DNA of 64,000 nucleotides. It comes from a virus. The translations under genes were made by a program, and so were the position numbers. Numbering within the stretch: position 1 is the first letter of the stretch; every line of letters starts with the position of its first letter. The stretch lies in IMG/VR virus record IMGVR_UViG_3300031774_000001; one strand, 5' to 3'. The notes below the pieces were generated by a model that searched no databases, was not told the origin of the DNA, and was given only the letters and a program-made list of their open reading frames with translations. Shown one piece after another: positions 48,468 through 57,343 of this stretch.

Positions 48468-49997
48468 ATGGCACAAAATAAAGAAAGACTCACAAAAGCA
48501 GGCGACTACAATTTAGACGTTGCCGAAATATTATCCTACAGAATGACAGGTGGTGTGCCTGGTCAACAGCAACCTTATAGGGTAAATATACTACCTATCA
48601 TTACACAAATAGAAATTAACGAAGGTATTTTTAATAAATCAGTTTTGGGTAGAATACAAGTGTATGATACGCAAGATGTAAGAACGGTATTACCTATTGT
48701 TGGTTTAGAAAGATTAAATCTAAAATTTCATACACCTGGTCTTGATGGCATATGTGCTGTTGCTAACGAAGGTCACCCATTTCACATATACAAAATTGAC
48801 CAAGTTGCACCTGACAGTAAAGCAGTTGCCGCTGGTGGTCAAGTATATGACATTTATTTTTGTTCAAGAGAATCTTATTTTAATCTTATAAGAAAAGTCA
48901 GTAAAGCATATGATGGACCTGTTGAATTAGGTGTTGAAGATATATTTAAGAATAGAAATTATCTTAACAGTAAAAAGAATTTATATGTTGAACCTACAAA
49001 ATATAATACTAAAATGGTTATGCCAAATGTAAGACCATTTCAGGCAATTGATATGTTAGCAAAAAAGGCAGTATCAGGATTATATGAAAATGCAGGATAT
49101 CTATTCTATGAAACAAAAGACGGATATAATTTTAGAAGTATTGAATCATTATTAGCAGTTGCAGGTAGTGTAGCAAGACCTGCTAAATTTGCATATTACT
49201 ATCAAATGGGAAGTGTTAGACATCCAGTATTTGGTTCTAAAGATATAGTGGCAGATATGCACGGTGTATATAGTTGGGATTTAAATAGACCATCTGATAC
49301 ATTAAATAATTTGGCAGAAGGTGGTTATGCAAGTAAATTAATTGAACACGATATGTTTTATAAGACAATCAATACAACAGAATATGATTATGCAAAAGAT
49401 TTTGGCAATCATTTTCATACTGAGCATAAATGGGGTAATAAATCTAATGACAAAACACCATTACCTAAAGCAAAATTTGATGACACATTTAAAACATTAT
49501 CACAGGCATACGACCAAAAATTAATGGTTAAATCACATACAAGTAATATACACGATACAGCGCCAACTATTAGTGATAAACATACTACACAAAAGGCAAT
49601 ATCACAAAGACAGTTATTATCTGTTGGTCAATTAGAACTTAATGTACCTGGTAATAGTGCCTTACAAGCAGGTGATATTATTACCTTTGATATGCCAATA
49701 ATGCAACCAACAGGACACAAAAAAGAAATAGTTTCTAGTCCATTTTGGGCAGGCAGATATTTAATATATGAAATGAAACATATTATAGATAGGTCAAAAG
49801 ACACATACTCTATGATATTAAAATGTTGTAAAGATAATGTAGCAAAAAGTTATGTTGCCGAGTATAACTCTTGGACACACTCAGCACCACGCAGAAAAAC
49901 TTACAATATTTACGAAACTGATAAAGAAATAATAACAAGAATGGGTACAAATGCTCAAGGTCTAACAACAGGACAACATAAGGCATTTAGAACGTAG
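48468..49997 (+). CDS. Baseplate hub/tail protein (gp27-like position)
   Basis: LPIVG.E, YLFYET..G.NF.SIE, VPG....AGD.I, GRYLI...H; precedes gp5. Confidence 0.7.
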   Translation: MAQNKERLTKAGDYNLDVAEILSYRMTGGVPGQQQPYRVNILPIITQIEINEGIFNKSVLGRIQVYDTQDVRTVLPIVGLERLNLKFHTPGLDGICAVANEGHPFHIYKIDQVAPDSKAVAAGGQVYDIYFCSRESYFNLIRKVSKAYDGPVELGVEDIFKNRNYLNSKKNLYVEPTKYNTKMVMPNVRPFQAIDMLAKKAVSGLYENAGYLFYETKDGYNFRSIESLLAVAGSVARPAKFAYYYQMGSVRHPVFGSKDIVADMHGVYSWDLNRPSDTLNNLAEGGYASKLIEHDMFYKTINTTEYDYAKDFGNHFHTEHKWGNKSNDKTPLPKAKFDDTFKTLSQAYDQKLMVKSHTSNIHDTAPTISDKHTTQKAISQRQLLSVGQLELNVPGNSALQAGDIITFDMPIMQPTGHKKEIVSSPFWAGRYLIYEMKHIIDRSKDTYSMILKCCKDNVAKSYVAEYNSWTHSAPRRKTYNIYETDKEIITRMGTNAQGLTTGQHKAFRT

Positions 49998-50137
49998 TAA
50001 AAGGGGATATTATGAGAACTACTGAAAGAATCTTTGAGAATCGCAAAATTTTTGGGTTTGCTAACGCTAGACGTGTATGGCAACCATTACAACTGGCCGT
50101 AGTAGAGATTAAGACAGGTTAAACACAGAAACAATGA

Positions 50138-50199
50138 GAACAATTAGAGAACAACTATCAGAATTGCCTATTGACACCGTGAGCGGAATAGTGTATAAC
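50138..50199 (+). promoter_or_regulatory. GAAC-N7-GAAC box plus sigma70 promoter
   Basis: GAACAATTAGAGAAC 50138-50152; TTGACA 50171-50176, 17 bp, TATAAC 50194-50199. Confidence 0.75.
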
Positions 50200-50467
50200 G
50201 TAGATGAACTACACACACCACAGCTAGGTCGCCAGTTATACTATGGTAGTCAACCTTACAGTATTCACGAGCAATTTAATGTTGTTCTACAAGGCATATT
50301 AGGTATTTTACCTCTTACGCAAGTGGTCGCAAAGGGTACGCAAACGAGGCTGCGTAAAGATATTATTACACGCAGTCCTCACACGAACCTGCGTAAAGGT
50401 ATTCTAAATAGTATTAAAATGCGTAAGTCGTGTTCTTTAAAAGAAAAACAATATGGGAAAAAATTAA

Positions 50468-51538
50468 ATGACTGACAATAATTTTTTAGGGTTTAATAAC
50501 TTTATCTGGTTTACTGGCGTTGTTGAAGATAGAATGGATCCATTTGCAGTAGGCCGAGTGCGAGTGCGTTGCGTAGGCATACACACACACGACAAAGAAG
50601 TTTTGCCTACTACAGACTTACCTTGGGCGCAAGTTATAATGCCTGTTACAAGTCCTGCGATAAGTGGACTAGGTCAGTCGCCGAGTTTTCTTGTAGAAGG
50701 CAGTTGGGTCTTTGGATATTTTAGAGATGGCGCAAACTGTCAAGAGCCTTGCGTAATAGGTTCACTCCCAGGTATGCCAGCAGAAAAGCCAGACGGCACT
50801 TTAGGATTTTCTGACCCTAACGCAAAATATCCTATTACAAAAAATGAATCAGATGTAAATAGACTTGCCTATAGTGGTTTCACGCAGTTAGGCCTGGTCG
50901 CTAGACAAGATAGTGTTAAGACAGGTATTGCAACGGCCGACTTCAATGCGACTACAAACGCAAGAGGTGGTGAGATAACAGCAAGTGATGGAGATATTTG
51001 GAATCAACCTGCGCCGGCCTGGGCCGCTGTTTATCCTTTCAATCACGTCTTTGAAAGTGAGAGTGGACATACAACAGAATTTGATGATACAGAAGGCGCC
51101 GAAAGAATTGCCCAATTTCATAGAACAGGCACAGGTTATGAAATAGACGCCGTGGGTAATATTAATATATCAAATGTTTCTAACAAATATGAAATTACAA
51201 ACGGTCACTCACGTTACGCCATTACAGGCGATAGTGACATTACAGTAGATGGTCGCCATAAGATATTCATTAACAAAACAGGCCAGGCCAACAATCACTA
51301 TGACATACAGATTGGCCCGAATGCAAACATTAACATACAAGTAGATAAAGGCAATATCAATCTGGTCACCGTTGATGGAGATGTAAATATGAATGTTGGT
51401 GGTAATTACAATCTAAAAGTAAAAGGTGATTACTATAGTGATATATGGGGCAGTAAGAACGAAACAATACAAGGCAGTAAAATATCAAATACAACTATGA
51501 GCGTATTTCATAGAGGCTCTTCAATTGATTTAAACTAA
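50468..51538 (+). CDS. 5: Baseplate central spike gp5 (OB-fold plus beta-helix, no lysozyme domain)
   Basis: WF.GVVEDR.DP...GRVRVR, LPWA, VFG.F.DG...Q.P..IG, YP.NHV.ESESGH..EFDDT. Confidence 0.9.
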   Translation: MTDNNFLGFNNFIWFTGVVEDRMDPFAVGRVRVRCVGIHTHDKEVLPTTDLPWAQVIMPVTSPAISGLGQSPSFLVEGSWVFGYFRDGANCQEPCVIGSLPGMPAEKPDGTLGFSDPNAKYPITKNESDVNRLAYSGFTQLGLVARQDSVKTGIATADFNATTNARGGEITASDGDIWNQPAPAWAAVYPFNHVFESESGHTTEFDDTEGAERIAQFHRTGTGYEIDAVGNINISNVSNKYEITNGHSRYAITGDSDITVDGRHKIFINKTGQANNHYDIQIGPNANINIQVDKGNINLVTVDGDVNMNVGGNYNLKVKGDYYSDIWGSKNETIQGSKISNTTMSVFHRGSSIDLN

Positions 51539-51717
51539 CAATAACATATATATCAAACTCGTAAATAAACCAAACAGAAATCTGAAAAACGAGCTGACAA
51601 AAAGGCTATTGTTAAATAACTCTAAAAATTTAAACTATAAATGCAATAACAATCATTAGATATATCGTTATTTAATTTTTCCGCCAAAAAAACCGGCCAG
51701 CATAAATATTCTCAAAT

Positions 51718-52101
51718 ATGTCTATTACAAAACAATCATACACCGACTTAAAAGAGTATTGGGACTTTCAACGTAAGATAGAATACAATAAAGAAAAATT
51801 ACGTGATTTAACTAAAGAAATGCAAGGCCGAGTTTATAATCAATTCGGTATGTTAGATGAGAAAGAGTTATTTGATAGTCTTTGGTGTAAACTTCCTCAA
51901 GACGCATACGAAAATCCGCCATCTACATATATACCAGAAAACGAATCTTACAGATTTGAATGGGAAGGCGAACCTAATAAACAGAAACAATTACCCTTAC
52001 ATAAAAAAGGACGACCTGTTGTTTTACGTGCTAGAAAGAAAATAGAAGATATACTACCCTTTGGTGACAATGATGTTATTAAGCATCCTGATGATAAATG
52101 A
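51718..52101 (+). CDS. Hypothetical protein
   Basis: CATAAATA late-like promoter at 51701; YWDFQRKIEYN. Confidence 0.7.
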   Translation: MSITKQSYTDLKEYWDFQRKIEYNKEKLRDLTKEMQGRVYNQFGMLDEKELFDSLWCKLPQDAYENPPSTYIPENESYRFEWEGEPNKQKQLPLHKKGRPVVLRARKKIEDILPFGDNDVIKHPDDK

Positions 52102-52163
52102 TAAGTGTATATGTCTTATTAATTGTATTTGTAGTAATGGCGATTATTCTTGGAAACTTGTAA
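52098..52163 (+). CDS. 21-aa hydrophobic micro-peptide MISVYVLLIVFVVMAIILGNL
   Basis: ATGA coupling to the upstream gene. Confidence 0.4.
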   Translation: MISVYVLLIVFVVMAIILGNL

Positions 52164-52231
52164 ATTATATATAACTGTGTAGTGTCCGCAAGAATGCTTA
52201 GAGTACCTAAAGACCAACGACTCGGCGAATT

Positions 52232-52516
52232 TCAATAACGAGTTCCTTTTACATATTTACTATTCCACAAATAGATATAATGACCTCTACGTGTATATCG
52301 TATGGTTAAAGGTTTCCATCTATCGTGTAGTCTTAATGTTTTAATGTAAGCAATACAATACTCTGGTTCCCAATCTTCTATTCTTACTCTATATGGTGAT
52401 TTACTATATAAGGCCTTTTGACAATAGACGATAAAGTCTACGTCTGAAAATACGTGACTAGTTTGGCTGGATGATATGATGATTTTGTTTTTAGATGGTA
52501 CGTCTGTAATAAGCAC
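52232..52516 (-). CDS. Hypothetical protein on the minus strand
   Basis: GTG start, SD GAAGG, own minus-strand promoters; no competing + ORF. Confidence 0.6.
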   Translation of the reverse strand: MLITDVPSKNKIIISSSQTSHVFSDVDFIVYCQKALYSKSPYRVRIEDWEPEYCIAYIKTLRLHDRWKPLTIRYTRRGHYIYLWNSKYVKGTRY

Positions 52517-52534
52517 TTTAACCTTCTAAATTTA

Positions 52535-52652
52535 TATTTATAATACTACGGATTTGGCCTGGTGTCAAGTCTAAAAATTTTGCGAATCTTCTGAATGTCT
52601 TAAAGTTTGGGCGTGGCGCAGACTTGACTTTTGCTCTTATAAATAGTATTAT
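52535..52652. promoter_or_regulatory. Divergent dual (sigma70 plus late) promoters
   Basis: Minus: TTGACA(52568-63)-17-TATTAT and TATAAATA(52542-35); plus: TTGACT(52624)-17-TATTAT and TATAAATA(52638). Confidence 0.75.
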
Positions 52653-52674
52653 AGTAAAAACGGAGAATTAAATT

Positions 52675-53118
52675 ATGGATAGAAGAGAAGCCTTTGCTCA
52701 AATGATAGCACAATCAGAAGATAGTGGTATATACGGCGCCACTTACGATTTCAACGCAAGTCCCAAAGAATCAAAAAAAGTAAAAGAATCAGAAGAACCC
52801 TTTAAAGAGTATTGTGAAAGAAAATACGAAGGTAAAGGACACTACACTAGAAGAATGCCTAGTCTTACAAATAAACCACCAAAAGAAAAAGTTATTAATT
52901 TAAATAAGTATGAACGATATTGGGAAAATTCAACTCCCACAGGTCACGTTATTACAATCTATTCGCAAGACAATACTTTATTAACAATTAATTGTAATTG
53001 GCCAAAAGATTATTATCCACGTTTACACAACATAGACAAGGAGAGATATGGTAAAAGAAGCACACAAAGACTTAAAAAGAAAAGTAAATCTACAAGAAGA
53101 GGTAAGAAGAAACGATAG
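52675..53118 (+). CDS. Hypothetical protein
   Basis: SD GGAG, downstream of promoter. Confidence 0.7.
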   Translation: MDRREAFAQMIAQSEDSGIYGATYDFNASPKESKKVKESEEPFKEYCERKYEGKGHYTRRMPSLTNKPPKEKVINLNKYERYWENSTPTGHVITIYSQDNTLLTINCNWPKDYYPRLHNIDKERYGKRSTQRLKKKSKSTRRGKKKR

Positions 53119-53236
53119 AAGTTTTACAAGTTGGAAAGAATTGAAAGACTTAAAAAAGATTAAATTAGCATTGAAAGATAAATTATTAAAAAGTAAAAAT
53201 AATGAAAGAAGCGACAAAACGATTTCTAAAGTATAG
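53048..53236 (+). CDS. DUF465/YdcH-like small coiled-coil protein
   Basis: H..L...V, LKK.KLALKD.L. Confidence 0.6.
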   Translation: MVKEAHKDLKRKVNLQEEVRRNDRSFTSWKELKDLKKIKLALKDKLLKSKNNERSDKTISKV

Positions 53237-53642
53237 ACCAAACGCAAAGTACGTAGAAAAAGTAGACCATAGACCGAATACAGATTACAAACAAAGAGAA
53301 TGCATTTCTATGACGATTATGGAAGCAAAAAACTTTGGAAGTGAATTTATATCAGGTTGGTTAGTTGATGATTATAGAACAGACATAGAGGCAACACCTA
53401 TTATTCATCATTGTTGGAATATAGAAAAAAACGGCACACATTACGATACGATACCAGTCATAGAAAAAAAGTATGATTACGTTTCTGATCCAGATGTAAA
53501 TAAACCTTATAAGTATAAGGACAGATTTTATTGGTCGCCTGTGATATACTTAAATGATGAATTAAAAATAATTATACCAAATGGCAAACAAGCAACTATT
53601 ACAGAAGAAGAACACAAAAGATTTATTAATGAACATCAATAA
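53202..53642 (+). CDS. Hypothetical protein
   Basis: C...SGWL...HHCWN...YDT, possible cysteine-protease-like triad. Confidence 0.65.
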   Translation: MKEATKRFLKYRPNAKYVEKVDHRPNTDYKQRECISMTIMEAKNFGSEFISGWLVDDYRTDIEATPIIHHCWNIEKNGTHYDTIPVIEKKYDYVSDPDVNKPYKYKDRFYWSPVIYLNDELKIIIPNGKQATITEEEHKRFINEHQ

Positions 53643-53747
53643 AAACTTAAATAAAGAATATCCTAAATTCTTAAAATCAATTCCCAAATTAAGTAATAAG
53701 GATATAATGAAACATAAATTAATGAAACTATTAGAGGAGCTAAAACA

Positions 53748-53924
53748 ATGTATGATGAAATGAACGGAGTACAAGTGTTATGGCATTTATTAACAAATTG
53801 GGAAGAAGGTAAAGGACTTTGGTTTATAATTGCAATTGCTATGATAGCAGTTGCTCTATCTTTAATATCAGATAGATATGAAGAATATAAAGTTAAACCA
53901 GAAGATTATCAAAATCATTATTAA
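53748..53924 (+). CDS. 58-aa single-TM protein
   Basis: SD GAGGAG; not in the ORF track. Confidence 0.65.
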   Translation: MYDEMNGVQVLWHLLTNWEEGKGLWFIIAIAMIAVALSLISDRYEEYKVKPEDYQNHY

Positions 53925-53932
53925 GGAGTAAA

Positions 53933-54340
53933 ATGAAAAGATATTTATATTTAACATTAGGATGGTTATGTGTTGGTTTGGCATACATTGGTGTAGTAAC
54001 ACCTGGTATACCTTTCAGCATATTTTTAGTAATTGCCGCTTGGGCATTTGCTAAATCATCTAAAAAATGGCACGATTGGTTATACAATCACAAATACTTT
54101 GGTCCGTTTCTAACAGGTTGGACTAAACATAAAGTATTTCCACAATATGCAAAGTACTCAATGTTAATTGTTATGGCAAGTTCACTTGCAATACTTTGGC
54201 ATAGTACACATAATTTAAATGCATTATTATGGTCAGGTGGATTTATGTTTCTATGTGCTGTATGGGCGTGGAGATATCCTGCAACAAAAGAAATTGCAGA
54301 CGCAAGAAAGGCCGCAGGTAAAAGGGTAGCTTGGTTATGA
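53933..54340 (+). CDS. YbaN/DUF454 inner membrane protein
   Basis: G...VGLAYIGVV.PG.P...F...AAWAFAKSS.K.H.WL.NH..FGP...W. Confidence 0.9.
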   Translation: MKRYLYLTLGWLCVGLAYIGVVTPGIPFSIFLVIAAWAFAKSSKKWHDWLYNHKYFGPFLTGWTKHKVFPQYAKYSMLIVMASSLAILWHSTHNLNALLWSGGFMFLCAVWAWRYPATKEIADARKAAGKRVAWL

Positions 54341-55095
54341 TAGAAAATAAAGAAACAAATTTTTCAAGTCAAGTTGAAGACATAGATGTAATGAAAGGTG
54401 GTAATTTAAATTTTGGTCCTTATGTTGCACACTATAAAATTCATCAACATTTATTAGAAGGACTTTTACAAAGAGGTGATAAGAGTAAACCTGGTTCAGG
54501 TAATCATAACTTGGCAGGTATAATAGAAGACCAAAGAGGTTATACGCAAGAAGATAAGAAATGGTTTATAGACCATTTCCAACCTTACGTAACTGACTAT
54601 GTTGAATCTTCAGTAAAATATTCTGGTCAACAAGTTGATTATAGTAAACCAGTTCCATCATTTTCAACTAAATTTACATTAATAGATTTATGGATTAATT
54701 ATATGAAAGAGAACGAACAAAATCCAGAACACTCTCACGGTGGTATGTTATCTTGGGTTATATTTTTAAAAGTTCCTGATTTAGAAGAAGAACGAAGAAA
54801 TTATAAAGGTAAGAGTTATGGACCAGGTGGTGTTACGTTTCATTATGGTGAAACATCTAATCCAACTTGGGCACAACACTCATATGGTTATATGCCTGAA
54901 GTTGGTGGTATGTGGATATTTCCTGCACAATTAAGACACCAAGTAACTTCTTTTAAAACTCCAGGTGTAAGAGTAAGTGTATCAGGTAATTTATTTTTTA
55001 ATCATCCTAATGATACATCAAAGACACTTGAAGAAGAAAACTTACAAAAACAAAATATGGACTTTGCAAGTAGAGTCGCTCAAAATATAAAATGA
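54337..55095 (+). CDS. Putative 2OG-Fe(II) oxygenase
   Basis: WIN, NPEHSH, IFPAQLRHQV, RVSVSGN. Confidence 0.85.
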   Translation: MIENKETNFSSQVEDIDVMKGGNLNFGPYVAHYKIHQHLLEGLLQRGDKSKPGSGNHNLAGIIEDQRGYTQEDKKWFIDHFQPYVTDYVESSVKYSGQQVDYSKPVPSFSTKFTLIDLWINYMKENEQNPEHSHGGMLSWVIFLKVPDLEEERRNYKGKSYGPGGVTFHYGETSNPTWAQHSYGYMPEVGGMWIFPAQLRHQVTSFKTPGVRVSVSGNLFFNHPNDTSKTLEEENLQKQNMDFASRVAQNIK

Positions 55096-55946
55096 GGTTA
55101 ATACAACCTATATTTGCTAGTTATTCTACAAGAGATACTGGATTAGGTGAAGACAATAAAATCTTTAATGCGTGGAAAGAAATTAATGAACGTGTTAAGA
55201 AAGATATTGATTTAGGAGTAAAAGAATTTCTTTTATTCTATGTTCCTGAATTTAAGTTAGGTGAAAAATCTGATACACATAGAGGTGATGAACATATTGA
55301 TTCACATAAGTTTGACCAAGTATGTGTAACTGCCGCTAGTCTTTCAAGAGATATACAACCACATTGTAGATTAATTGTAGATGTTTGTTTATGTTCTTAT
55401 ACACAGGACGGACATTGTTGTATAATAGGCGACCAAGAAAAAACAGATAAATTATTATTAGACCAAGCAAAATCAATTTATACAGCGTCTGGTGCTACAA
55501 TAGCGCCAAGTGATTGTCAAGACAATACAGTTAAAAATATTAAATCAGTAAAAGATGGTAATATAGATGTTATGAGTTATAGTACCAAATTTCGTTCAAC
55601 ATTTTATAGAAGTTGGCGAAATGCAATGAAAATATCAAAAGGTATTCATAGACCTTATCAATTAGATGTATCAGATAAAGCAGGTGCAATTAATCGTTCT
55701 ATAAAATATTCAAAAGATGGTGCAGATGAATTAATGTTAAAACCAGGTATTACTAGTTTAGATTTAATTCAAGGCATAAAGAAAGCAACTGGCAAACCTG
55801 TTGGTGTATATCAAACATCAGGAGAATGGTTAGGTATAGGTGCTCCTGGTAGTTTAGAAGAAACATATCATATATTCAAAAGAGCAGGTGCAGACTATAT
55901 GATAACTTATGGGGCAAGACGTTTAGCAAGACATCATAGACAGTAA
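55092..55946 (+). CDS. hemB: Porphobilinogen synthase (ALA dehydratase), shortened and divergent
   Basis: DVCLCSYT.DGHC Zn motif, APSD, MSYSTKF, YQLD, GAD.LMLKP, YQTSGE, KRAGAD..ITY. Confidence 0.9.
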   Translation: MRLIQPIFASYSTRDTGLGEDNKIFNAWKEINERVKKDIDLGVKEFLLFYVPEFKLGEKSDTHRGDEHIDSHKFDQVCVTAASLSRDIQPHCRLIVDVCLCSYTQDGHCCIIGDQEKTDKLLLDQAKSIYTASGATIAPSDCQDNTVKNIKSVKDGNIDVMSYSTKFRSTFYRSWRNAMKISKGIHRPYQLDVSDKAGAINRSIKYSKDGADELMLKPGITSLDLIQGIKKATGKPVGVYQTSGEWLGIGAPGSLEETYHIFKRAGADYMITYGARRLARHHRQ

Positions 55947-55966
55947 TACTCATAAATAGTAGTATT

Positions 55967-56563
55967 ATGAGTAAACACTACCAAACGGTAGAGGACCTAG
56001 ATATTAATTTAGAGGAGCTAATAGCGTGTTATGAACAGTTTAAAGAATCAAAAGGTTTTTCTACAGACAATCCTGATAATATAGACTTCAATGCTATATG
56101 TATCAACCGTAAACCTGGAGACCCCAAATCAATCTCTGGTGGTAATATCCGTGGAATCTATTGGACCTATCCTGACAATACAGGTAAAGAAGAACAAAGA
56201 CTTGAAGAAGTCAACGAAGAAGAATACACTCAAATTTGTCCAGAATTTAAAAACACGTATATTGAAACTCTTTACGATTATTTAACATTAAGATTTAAGT
56301 TAGGTCGTGTTCGTTTTCTAATGAAACCACCTAGAAGTTGTTTAAGTTGGCACCGTGATCCCGAAAAGAGATTACATATCCCAATGATAACAAATGGTGG
56401 TAGTAGAATGGTTATTGAAGATGAGAGTTTTCATATGCCAGCCAATGGAAATGCTTATATTACTGATAATACGAAATATCACAACTTTTTTAATGGTGGT
56501 GAGACTCAAAGAGTTCACCTAGTTGCAACTTTATTAGATTCTAGTGATTCAACTACTGATTAG
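55967..56563 (+). CDS. Asp/Asn beta-hydroxylase-like 2OG-Fe(II) oxygenase
   Basis: GRVR, WHRD..RLHIP..TN, YH...N.G...RVHLV; CATAAATA promoter at 55951. Confidence 0.8.
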   Translation: MSKHYQTVEDLDINLEELIACYEQFKESKGFSTDNPDNIDFNAICINRKPGDPKSISGGNIRGIYWTYPDNTGKEEQRLEEVNEEEYTQICPEFKNTYIETLYDYLTLRFKLGRVRFLMKPPRSCLSWHRDPEKRLHIPMITNGGSRMVIEDESFHMPANGNAYITDNTKYHNFFNGGETQRVHLVATLLDSSDSTTD

Positions 56564-56766
56564 TCTTGTTCAGAATACAACGTTTGCGAGTATAGAGCTA
56601 AAATAAACATAGCAATTCCTAACAATGACAAAGTACCACACAAAAACCAATTATCGTTCATAGGAATTCCTTTATAACCACCGTCAATTGCACCGACAGC
56701 GCCGATTAGACAGAAAGTTCCTCCTATTGATAGAATAATAGTTAAATATTCAAGTATTTTTTTCAT
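56560..56766 (-). CDS. 68-aa two-TM membrane protein
   Basis: SD AAGGA, own strong promoter, two hydrophobic helices. Confidence 0.8.
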   Translation of the reverse strand: MKKILEYLTIILSIGGTFCLIGAVGAIDGGYKGIPMNDNWFLCGTLSLLGIAMFILALYSQTLYSEQD

Positions 56767-56795
56767 AATGTTTCCTTTTTTCAACTTATACGTTA

Positions 56796-56887
56796 ACTAT
56801 ATACTAAAAATAGAAAAAAGTCAAGGGAAAAATTCAAAAAAATGAGAAAAATTAAGGTTTTTTTAGTTGTTTGTTCGCTTTTTGTTC
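56796..56887 (-). promoter_or_regulatory. GAAC-N7-GAAC box plus sigma70 promoter (minus strand)
   Basis: GTTCGCTTTTTGTTC 56873-56887; TTGACT 56824-56819, 17 bp, TATAGT 56801-56796. Confidence 0.85.
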
Positions 56888-56994
56888 TCGTTTCTTGCGG
56901 AAACGTGCATAATTGCAAATTTTCTTACGATTTTGAAAAGTTTCCGAATCGGGAAGCCCTTTTCACTTGTAATTTTTAGTATAAATATATCACT

Positions 56995-57156
56995 ATGACT
57001 TATTGCAACAATTGTGGTAGGGAATCCCATTGTGGAGAACCGAAATTTGAAATGATGGAAGCTAGGAAAATAGAAATCTGTAGATATTGCAGATGTGATG
57101 ATAAAAAATGTAAAAGAAAGTTGAGCAAACAGAATGGCAAAAGAAAGAAAATTTAA
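56995..57156 (+). CDS. 53-aa Cys-rich basic Zn-binding protein
   Basis: CNNCGRESHCG...ICRYCRC..C; TATAAATA 56980-56987; not in the ORF track. Confidence 0.65.
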   Translation: MTYCNNCGRESHCGEPKFEMMEARKIEICRYCRCDDKKCKRKLSKQNGKRKKI

Positions 57157-57340
57157 GTTTACTGATAATAAAGAAATTAATGAAGAAGTAACTGCTATGA
57201 GTTGGAAAAAGGCAGTTAAATCTTTTCAAAATAAAGTAAAAACACCCTTAATCTTTATTGAATGGATAAGTAAAAAAGGTGTTGAAATGACAAAGTGGCA
57301 AAAACTACCAATTGGTAGAAAAGACAAGTTAGGAAGATAG
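57134..57340 (+). CDS. Basic hypothetical protein
   Basis: AMSWKKAVKS, LPIGR. Confidence 0.7.
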   Translation: MAKERKFKFTDNKEINEEVTAMSWKKAVKSFQNKVKTPLIFIEWISKKGVEMTKWQKLPIGRKDKLGR

Positions 57341-57343
57341 AAT

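Noticed and set aside
50134-50475. 113-aa ORF as a confident CDS
   Set aside because: Atypical codons, no clear SD, and it contains a promoter, an operator-like box and hairpins; left as uncertain
50468-51538. gp5 as a pseudogene because it lacks a lysozyme domain
   Set aside because: Lysozyme-less gp5 is common in marine T4-like phages; the ORF is intact with a beta-helix C-terminus
54715-54730. Fifth GAAC direct repeat
   Set aside because: Spacer is 8 nt, inside a CDS, with no promoter nearby
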